Of a stretch of DNA of 64,000 nucleotides, positions 57,022-64,000 are shown in pieces. The stretch's first letter is position 1, and each line of letters starts with the position of its first letter. The notes under the pieces are model-generated. The model worked only from the letters and a program-made list of their open reading frames with translations, ran no database searches and was not told the DNA's origin. The stretch lies in the sequence record MK568540.2; one strand, written 5' to 3'. A program made the translations under genes and the position numbers.

Positions 57022-57271
57022 TCAATTTCACATAGCAGTACGTTAACAATGCACCTAGTATAGACGCACAGCCTGCTAAAATATACAACTTATCTAGAAT
57101 GAGTAAAAAAGCTGCTATGAATGACATAACAGCCCCACTTCCACTAACGATTAACGCTATTCCCTCGATAGTCAAGTAGACCATTAGGAAAATTGCGTGA
57201 AATATGCTCTTCAATGTGCTTATCAATTTCATCGAATGCCTCAGTGGCTGGCTTATTGATGAATACGTCAC
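57002..57271 (-). CDS. Small multi-TM membrane protein (true start uncertain)
   Basis: Hydrophobic ORF between sir2 and gene 39. Confidence 0.5.
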   Translation of the reverse strand: MTYSSISQPLRHSMKLISTLKSIFHAIFLMVYLTIEGIALIVSGSGAVMSFIAAFLLILDKLYILAGCASILGALLTYCYVKLSEEHDV

Positions 57272-57905
57272 ACATACGAATCGCTTCGTTTAGTGCAGAA
57301 TGCTTTTCAGTGTCAATGCCAGTCGGGTTAATAAGAATGAATTTACAGCCCGTCGCAGACAAATCCCAATGAATCGGGTTAATCTCAAGCGTCGAACCAA
57401 CAACAATTGCAATGTCAGTCGGCAATAGAGTGTCAATATCACCCCAGAAGTGAGTGTATAATGGTGCGCCTTCATTGAAGAACACAACACCCGGTTTATC
57501 ACGACGACCTGTACGCAACTCGTATTCATTGTACCCGATGTCAATAACTGTACTGTCTTTTGACGTGTAATCTTGCACGATCTTTGTCAACTCACCGTGA
57601 ATATGCTTAACGTCTTTACAACCTGCACGCTCAAGTAAATCTGATACGTTCGCAGTGTAGTTGTCAACGTCGTATTTTTCACACAGTTCAGCAATTTTGT
57701 AGTGTGCTGAATTCGGGTGAACTTCAGCTAATTGTTTACGACGCTCATTGTAGAAACGATGTGTCACTTCATAATTGTTTGCAAATGTGTTGATGTTACA
57801 CACTTCCATAATGTCGTGGTTTTCCCACAGACCGTTTGCGTCTCGAAACGTGCTGATACCTGATTCTGCATCAAGACCTGCACCGCTAAAAATAAAAATT
57901 CTCAA
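57144..57905 (-). CDS. Sir2/CobB-family NAD-dependent deacylase
   Basis: SGAGLDAESGISTFRD..GLW, TANV..LLERAG, HIHGEL, KPGVVFFNE, VGSTLE, INP. Confidence 0.93.
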   Translation of the reverse strand: MRIFIFSGAGLDAESGISTFRDANGLWENHDIMEVCNINTFANNYEVTHRFYNERRKQLAEVHPNSAHYKIAELCEKYDVDNYTANVSDLLERAGCKDVKHIHGELTKIVQDYTSKDSTVIDIGYNEYELRTGRRDKPGVVFFNEGAPLYTHFWGDIDTLLPTDIAIVVGSTLEINPIHWDLSATGCKFILINPTGIDTEKHSALNEAIRMCDVFINKPATEAFDEIDKHIEEHISRNFPNGLLDYRGNSVNR

Positions 57906-58527
57906 AATGATTCCTTAATTGTCGCTGAGGGACCTTGTTGCCACTCAGAGTATTGTTGCTTAACTAACTCGTCAGGAATATCATAACGCACGAAAAACGT
58001 GTTATAAACTTTTCCGTTTACAGTATTTGATTCACCGAACCACGTTTCAACTTCTTGAACTTTAAACCATTCTTTGGCTTCGGCTAACGTCATGCCAGTA
58101 TAGCGGCGAATCTCATTATATACACCATACAATGCTTCTTTGATGTATATCGAATCCATTTCGCCGTCTTCATGAACAGGAATGGCAAAAATATCACAGT
58201 GTAATTCAGGGTCATACACGTCTGAACTGCGATATTCATCTGCGAGTCGTTCCATTAAATCATCACTCATGAGCATACCTCGATTAAAGTTTCGACTGCT
58301 TGTTTCGTTGGGTTTGCAATGGTTGCTAAATGCCACTCTTCACCGTAAAGCTCATAACACGACCATGTCTGGTCTTCTTCGTTGAAGTAAGGACGATCAG
58401 TCCATCCCGTGACGTAACCGTTCCCGTCAACAGTCACATACTCAGTTTCGTGGTCTACAACTAACGGTATACCGCTCACGTTTACGACAGTTGAACAACC
58501 TTTGTTCATTGATAGTAAATAGCTCAT
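57902..58527 (-). other. Two hypothetical CDSs (57902-58276; 58267-58527)
   Basis: ORF track; start of the first reassigned. Confidence 0.6.
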
Positions 58528-58528
58528 G

Positions 58529-59236
58529 TTATGCTCCTATTGTTTTCATCATTGCTCGTTTTTGAGCGGGTGTCATGTCCAATTCTTCAATTGAAGTCAT
58601 GATTTCATCGATTTGACGCGAAGTTACTTGAATGTTGTCACACGTAATAGGCTTAGAATCGTCTATAACGCGCACTACGCGCTGTTTCATGTTCGGCAGT
58701 AGTACTTTACTAACCTGACAGCGTTTACGCGATACAGTACGTTTGAAGTCGCCTATCGTGATTTCAAAGTGTTTACCTTGGCGCTGTGCTTCAGTCGCGT
58801 ACTTCACGTATAGCTTAGTGATCTCAAGATCAGTCATCGGTGTTTCAATAACTTCACCTTTGTAGCGATCAAGATATGACTGAATAATGCTTTTGACTTT
58901 CGTCTCATCTGCAAGAAGACGTTGAATCTGCTTCAGTGTATGAGCTTCTTCAGCATTTGCTTTACTCACGGGCTGATTCTGCTCGATGTAGTTACACTTT
59001 ACGTTGTTTGCAAGCTGAGTCACAAGAACACAGTTCTTTGGTTCATACGGCATAGACTCGTCAATACGCTCAACAGTCGCACGCATTTTCTTGCTGCTTT
59101 GATTAAACGGGTGGTTTGTGTATGCACAACGACCACCGTTCTTCATGCTTTGTAATGTTTTCCATTGTTCTTCAGTGAAGTTGAATGCAATACCGCGTTT
59201 TTCACACTCTGCTTTCTTTGTGTTGTAGCTGCTCAT
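58529..59236 (-). CDS. srd: Srd-like protein with internally duplicated domain
   Basis: KRGIAFNFT...CAYTNHPF...ATVERIDESMPYEPKNCVLV, repeated as RQGKHFEIT...CQVSKV...VRVIDDSKPITCDNIQV. Confidence 0.55.
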   Translation of the reverse strand: MSSYNTKKAECEKRGIAFNFTEEQWKTLQSMKNGGRCAYTNHPFNQSSKKMRATVERIDESMPYEPKNCVLVTQLANNVKCNYIEQNQPVSKANAEEAHTLKQIQRLLADETKVKSIIQSYLDRYKGEVIETPMTDLEITKLYVKYATEAQRQGKHFEITIGDFKRTVSRKRCQVSKVLLPNMKQRVVRVIDDSKPITCDNIQVTSRQIDEIMTSIEELDMTPAQKRAMMKTIGA

Positions 59237-59239
59237 AAT

Positions 59240-59973
59240 TTATTCCTCAATCATACCTTGGCTTACTAGTGAACCTTTGAAACGTTTAAGAACGCCTTCC
59301 CATGCTTCGTCTGTGTAAGCATCAATATTGAACACTGCGCGAATCTTGTCAAAAAGTTCTCGACGCTGTTCGAGTGGCATTTCTTTGCAGAATATCATGA
59401 TTGCACCTTGATATTCACGTGCTGTCTCATGCAAACCTTTGTACATAAGATGATGTAGATCTAGACCTTTATGGTCAATTTCATGTGAAATCTCGCGTGA
59501 TAGATGCTCACGCTTCATTTCAGTTTTGAAAATATACTTGCCTTCATCACCAGCAGCAAGTTGACCCATGTCGTAGATTTTCTTGTGCATCTCTTCAAGA
59601 CGCCCGATTTTCTTTTCCCACATTTGATAAAATTCTGACATGATTAACCCTCAAATGATTCGATAAGACGAAAGTTTTCGTAGTCTGCTTCTGAAGCAGC
59701 ACGCCAATGTTTAAGTGAAACTTTACCCGCTGCTTTGATTTTGTCAATAAGCTGTGCTGACTCATAACCTGGCCATGCACATTTCTTTTCAACTGTAGTG
59801 CTCCACAGTTTGCGACTTTCACAATATGAACCTTTCGAATCCATGAAAAGCACTTCATGCAGCATGATTGTACCATCTTCAAGGCGCATTGCTACTTTTT
59901 GGTGTTCTGCACGCATAGAATAAACGACTTTGATTTCAGCAAATTTGATGTCGAATTTAGTTTGGTCAGTCAT
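59240..59973 (-). other. Two early hypothetical CDSs (59240-59641; 59644-59973)
   Basis: Downstream of the cassette at 60018-60054. Confidence 0.65.
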
Positions 59974-60017
59974 AATGTTCTCTCTTTGTTTTAGGTCAAC
60001 ATCGTGTTGATGTAGCT

Positions 60018-60054
60018 ATAATACACAAAAGGGCTGACCGCAGTCAACCCTTTT
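60018..60054 (-). promoter_or_regulatory. Terminator-promoter cassette TTGACT-N18-TATTAT plus AGCTACATCAACACGA leader
   Basis: Stem GGGTTGAC/GTCAGCCC. Confidence 0.8.
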
Positions 60055-60805
60055 CTTCAAGAATATTCAAATTATATTTCGGCTTCATGTAATGACTCAT
60101 GTTTGCACAAATGAAATCACATGCCCAATTCTTAGTAAGCCGTGTAATTGTCTTCTTCAACGCATGATTCCACGCATTCAACGGCATCATTCCGTGAACA
60201 ATGTATCGTTCAATTGCGATTACCGAAATTTCTTCGTGGAATAAATTGATCTTGTCTTCGAACGACAATTGTTCGAACTTCTCTTTACTGACTAAAACAT
60301 CACAGCCGTCTTTGAGAATTTTCTCATACAACGGGCGGTTAGGTGCTGCGACCATTCGATGAAGCTCATCATGTTCATACACGTATCGAACTTTGTCATT
60401 AAAGAAGTCGTCTGCGTCTTTGTTCAAACACAGATAATCTTTATTGCCAAGCTCTTTTCGCCAATGATTTGTCAACGCTGCGTATAGCTCAGGCTTGATT
60501 TTGCAGAATCGCGATAGCGCCATAACATCACGCTTGTGCTTGTCCCACAATGTCGAACCACCAAACTGACTGTACCCGACTTTATGCTCATCCCAACCAA
60601 GATGACTGCATTTTATCGTGTAGATTTCGTCAGCAGTTGCTATATCACCGTCGAACATCTGCAATATATCGACGGGCATGACAATAAAATCATCCCCGTC
60701 GTTAGCCGAGTCGGGCGAGTCTACGAATACATCTAGATCTTTAATGGTCTTACGCAGTCGAATACCATTATGATGTAACGCAGTTGACCCGACAACAATA
60801 CGCAT
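60044..60805 (-). CDS. Pol-beta-like nucleotidyltransferase-motif protein
   Basis: VVGSTAL...KDLDVFV (GS-x-DhD). Confidence 0.45.
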   Translation of the reverse strand: MRIVVGSTALHHNGIRLRKTIKDLDVFVDSPDSANDGDDFIVMPVDILQMFDGDIATADEIYTIKCSHLGWDEHKVGYSQFGGSTLWDKHKRDVMALSRFCKIKPELYAALTNHWRKELGNKDYLCLNKDADDFFNDKVRYVYEHDELHRMVAAPNRPLYEKILKDGCDVLVSKEKFEQLSFEDKINLFHEEISVIAIERYIVHGMMPLNAWNHALKKTITRLTKNWACDFICANMSHYMKPKYNLNILEEKG

Positions 60806-61101
60806 TACTGAGGAGTGCTCACGTATTGGGTGATTGTAACTTGCTTTGGGTAAACTTCAACGAAGTGGTCCCCGTAGTTGTCGTAACCGTGGTAGCTGTA
60901 GTAGCTGTATTCAGTCTTGAAGTAACGACCGTCTTTTTCAAGAATCGTGTAGCAGTACTCAGAACCACCTTCACCACCGCCGTCTTGGTCGATGAACTTC
61001 ACACCAGGGAAGTCACCATAACCATCTAGTAGAAAGTCAAGATAGTCTTTGTCGTCGTAGTCTTCACCAAGAATTTCTTCAAATGTATAACGATTTGTCA
61101 T
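60805..61101 (-). CDS. Acidic Tyr/Gly-rich hypothetical protein
   Basis: ORF track. Confidence 0.6.
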   Translation of the reverse strand: MTNRYTFEEILGEDYDDKDYLDFLLDGYGDFPGVKFIDQDGGGEGGSEYCYTILEKDGRYFKTEYSYYSYHGYDNYGDHFVEVYPKQVTITQYVSTPQ

Positions 61102-61107
61102 TTATTT

Positions 61108-61425
61108 TCACCATTTTTTTTCAGTTTTTGCTTTGTGTTCGTTTTCCTTTCGCTCCCATTTAGCGAGCTTGTTGCGAACAACGTTCATGATTTCAGCTTC
61201 AGTGATGTTCGGGTTATCGACGTAAATTAGGTCAATTAGACACAGAATACCATCAACCGATTCACCTAGAATCCCGTCAACGTCAGCGTTTTTGTACGAC
61301 GTACCGTACTTGACGCGAACTTCAGTTGCTAGTTCGCCTACTTCTTCAACAACGCTCATGTGAACGTCTTTTACTGTTCGACCGTTGTCGATTCGCTTAC
61401 TTGAAGCTAGAATTTCATTGATCAT
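61108..61425 (-). CDS. mazG: MazG-like nucleotide pyrophosphohydrolase
   Basis: VVEEVGELATEV...ILGESVD (EExxE...ExxD). Confidence 0.8.
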   Translation of the reverse strand: MINEILASSKRIDNGRTVKDVHMSVVEEVGELATEVRVKYGTSYKNADVDGILGESVDGILCLIDLIYVDNPNITEAEIMNVVRNKLAKWERKENEHKAKTEKKW

Positions 61426-62114
61426 AGAGTATTCAACACATCAACAATTTGAATTTTTTCAACAGTGTGAAATCCGTATTCACAGTAAGGCATTTGTTCA
61501 GAAATGAACTGAATATCATCTTCACTGAACTCAGGGTATACTTCTGAGTTCGGACGCTCTTGACATTCGCCTTCTGTCCAACTCGCCAGAGAATCACCAG
61601 AAAGATGTACGAGCGTTTCAAATCGCTCAACTTCTTCACTCGATGCCGGTTTCAAATCGCCAACGTAATCACCATCATTGGTGTCAACTTCTACGTAAAT
61701 ATGTAACGCCATTACAAATTCCTCATTATTGTGCCTATTAAAGCGAAAACAATCGCCGAGATGAACAATACAACCCACCCAGCGACTGTATGACCCGAAA
61801 TGATGAGCCATGCACCGAAGATAAGCCCGCCAACTGACAATCCGAGAATAACCAACATTGCGACGATACCGAACGCAATCAATGTCAACAACCCCGTTAC
61901 GAACTCACCTAAGTTCATGTTACTCACCAATTTCAAAGTCAAAAAGATAGTGAATCTTGCCGTCAGTTAGCGAATCGCCGATGAGCGGGTCGTTAGCTGC
62001 AACAACTTTGCTGTACGGAAGTTTGATAAGCTCACCGTCGATTGTGTCAATTCGCTCAATTACAATGATCGGCGTACCTGTTTTCAGTTCAAAATAATCT
62101 GTTTTACTAATCAC
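61422..62114 (-). other. Three hypothetical CDSs (61422-61712; 61712-61918 membrane; 61920-62114)
   Basis: ORF track with reassigned starts. Confidence 0.6.
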
Positions 62115-63013
62115 GACATTTTACCTTTTAGGGTTGGGTATGGGTCATAGTCATATACGCGAAAATCACTTGCGCGTTTAGTTAACAACTGTGACAACGT
62201 TTCAAATTCAGGAAGTTCAATCTGAGGTAGCGCACGCGGCGTACGTCTCATTTGCTTCATTACTTGTATTAGATGATCTTCATAAATGTGAACATCACCA
62301 CCAGAGAAAATCAATTCACCGACACCTAAGCCAGTCAATTTAGCTAGTATATGCACTAGCAAAGCATACGATGCGATATTGAACGGTAGACCTAAGAATG
62401 TGTCAACTGAACGCTGATTCCATTTCAAGCTGATCTTACCATTACGCACGAACACTTGAAAGCCGTAATGACATGGCGGTAGAGCTACGTCAACTGAGTT
62501 ACTTTCAGTATGGAAGTACGGGTCCCATGCTTCAACAAGCATACGACGTTGCGCACTTTGCGTCGGGTCTTCATTAACCGCTGCAATATCGCACAGCAAT
62601 TGATGAATCTGGTCAAACTCAACAATTTCTCGCTCTGCATTTACAGATAGACGTTTACGCCACACTTTGCCATAGACATAACCAAGGTCGTCTTCATTGC
62701 GAACAATACCTGCTTCTTTCGCACGCTCGTTCAGCTCGTCGAGATTTTGTTGCCAGATACAGAAATCTTCGTCTGATAATTCAGTGTATTTTCTCAGTTC
62801 AGAAATCGAACCTGAACCGCTCAAGAACCATAGCAACTCACCGAAAATAGCTCTTGTCGCCATTTTCTTAGTCGTTAGCAACGGGAAACCTTTTTCTAAG
62901 TCCCATCGAAGCTCACGCGAAACAACACTAACAGTATTCGTGCCTGTTCTATTCTCAAGAAAATCACCATTTTCTAGAATATCTTTACAAAGTTCCAAGT
63001 AGTTTTTCATCAA
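62111..63013 (-). CDS. td: Thymidylate synthase (ThyA), uninterrupted
   Basis: NRTG, FPLLTTKK, ELLWFL, LPPCHYGFQ, QRSVD.FLGLPFNIASY, GDVHIY. Confidence 0.98.
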   Translation of the reverse strand: MMKNYLELCKDILENGDFLENRTGTNTVSVVSRELRWDLEKGFPLLTTKKMATRAIFGELLWFLSGSGSISELRKYTELSDEDFCIWQQNLDELNERAKEAGIVRNEDDLGYVYGKVWRKRLSVNAEREIVEFDQIHQLLCDIAAVNEDPTQSAQRRMLVEAWDPYFHTESNSVDVALPPCHYGFQVFVRNGKISLKWNQRSVDTFLGLPFNIASYALLVHILAKLTGLGVGELIFSGGDVHIYEDHLIQVMKQMRRTPRALPQIELPEFETLSQLLTKRASDFRVYDYDPYPTLKGKMS

Positions 63014-63019
63014 TTACCT

Positions 63020-63223
63020 TTAAAAATCATCGTCCCATACTGCTTGCACGGGAGTACATTGCATCAACTGACCGTCAATTTCATAAGTCTCTGATTGCGG
63101 TTGAGTACTGTAAGATGTAGGTTGTTCAGCCCCAAACAACGTACCAGCAGCTACCGACGCTAGAATCCCTAGAATCGCAATCAAAACAATCAATTCGATC
63201 AGAGTAAAACCTTTAGATTTCAT
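63020..63223 (-). CDS. Prepilin-type N-terminal methylation motif miniprotein (pilin mimic)
   Basis: MKSKG|FTLIELIVLIAILGILAS: class III signal peptide with E at +5. Confidence 0.85.
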   Translation of the reverse strand: MKSKGFTLIELIVLIAILGILASVAAGTLFGAEQPTSYSTQPQSETYEIDGQLMQCTPVQAVWDDDF

Positions 63224-63259
63224 AATATTACACTCACAAAGTTAGTTAATAAACAGTTT

Positions 63260-63490
63260 TTACGGCAGTTTGCTCGTTTTGCGTGCTTGCTTTGCCGTTT
63301 CAGGTAGTTTCACTTCAAAGTGCTCTGCTTGTGAAACGTACAATACGCGCTCTGCAAGTAATTCACCGTTCTCGTAAACAGTCGTAATGAATTCAGGACC
63401 AGAAGAGCTATTTTTAACATCAACACCTGGTTTTGTCATTAGCTCTTCAAAGCGAGTCGCAGTAGTCAATTTAAGATTTAAGTTATCCAT
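63260..63490 (-). CDS. hypothetical protein
   Basis: ORF track. Confidence 0.55.
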   Translation of the reverse strand: MDNLNLKLTTATRFEELMTKPGVDVKNSSSGPEFITTVYENGELLAERVLYVSQAEHFEVKLPETAKQARKTSKLP

Positions 63491-63926
63491 GATGAGAATG
63501 AAACCCCTCTAAGTATTTTGCAAGTTCATATGTTCGACCGTATTTGTAGAACATATCTGAATCAAAGTCGCGACGCTTTAGACCTTCGCCGATCTTACGC
63601 AGTTCACGCCATTCTTTCATTTCGGCTTGAACTTGCATTAGCGTGTCGTCGCCAATGAATGCTACACCTGTTAGTGAGTGATGTAAACCTTCTTCTTGAA
63701 AAAATGTAATGTCTTCAACAACACCCATTTCACGAATTGTCTCTTCGATTTCTTCAAGATGGTCATGACTAGCCGCTGACAGAACACAAATCGTCTCGTG
63801 ATCATTCAGCCACTTATTGAAAACTGGGTTATCTGCTTTACGCGCAAGACGTAGAAGCGCATGTGCACCTTGAATACCAGCTTGAATACCTTTACAATAG
63901 CGATTTACAAATACGTAACCTTTCAA
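63483..63926 (-). CDS. Peptidyl-tRNA hydrolase 2 (PTH2)-like protein
   Basis: YVFVN...GIQAGIQGAHA...W...TICVL...LEEI...E.GL...LTGVAF. Confidence 0.5.
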   Translation of the reverse strand: MKGYVFVNRYCKGIQAGIQGAHALLRLARKADNPVFNKWLNDHETICVLSAASHDHLEEIEETIREMGVVEDITFFQEEGLHHSLTGVAFIGDDTLMQVQAEMKEWRELRKIGEGLKRRDFDSDMFYKYGRTYELAKYLEGFHSHHG

Positions 63927-64000
63927 ATCTTTTCCTCACAATACATAAAGCCATGAGCGTTTCTAGTTAATTCACTCACAACTGTGCCATTAATCATGTC

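Noticed and set aside
31-63013. Many plus-strand and alternative-frame ORFs in the track (e.g. 847-1038, 5997-6350, 8285-8635, 34177-34626, 35889-36485, 36513-37019, 47654-48169, 56591-56989)
   Set aside because: They are antisense or overlapping shadows of well-supported genes, Ser/Leu-rich, with no SD and no recognisable motifs
28519-63013. Introns, inteins or homing endonucleases in gene 43, gene 39 or td
   Set aside because: All are continuous ORFs of expected length with no intein or LAGLIDADG/GIY-YIG motifs
1-64000. tRNA, rRNA, CRISPR arrays, integrase or transposase
   Set aside because: None recognised by eye; tRNAscan-SE, Infernal and a CRISPR finder would be needed to exclude them formally

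Overview
This is a 64-kb segment (~43% GC by eye) of a large T4-like (Straboviridae-type) lytic myophage. Its gene content best fits the KVP40/nt-1-like vibriophages (Schizotequatrovirus); that placement is inferred from gene content, not from a database search. About 110 densely packed genes lie almost all on the minus strand; only gp49, a HExxH protein and an Alt-like ADP-ribosyltransferase are on the plus strand. Core genes are the replisome (43, regA, 62, 44, 45), recombination and repair (46, 47, 49, 30, 39), late sigma 55, co-chaperonin 31, a gp23/24-family capsid protein, spanins, nucleotide metabolism (cd, td, HAD phosphatases, glutaredoxin) and RNA repair (Rnl1, Rnl2, PseT). The main accessory features are: (1) a 7-deazaguanine DNA-modification operon, queD-folE-dpdA2(TGT-like)-queF-queC plus a stand-alone Ntn amidotransferase, with no queE in the window; (2) about 10 dispersed genes whose products start with a T4-internal-protein-like capsid-targeting leader, several behind late promoters and carrying different enzyme payloads (ART, methyltransferase, HExxH peptidase, HEAT repeats, a 4-member paralog family), i.e. 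a probable virion-packaged, co-injected effector set; (3) ADP-ribose/NAD counter-defence genes (macrodomain, NADAR/gp30.3, Sir2, Alt-like ART, MazG-like, Lar-like); (4) a truncated type IV pilin mimic and a signal-peptide metzincin protease; (5) a non-coding grammar of terminator-promoter cassettes, a second promoter class (GTTTAA-N17/18-TATAAT) upstream of middle-type genes, and two copies of a 9-bp iteron-like array. I saw no tRNA, rRNA, CRISPR array, intron or intein. All product calls come from motif recognition by eye; no searches were run.
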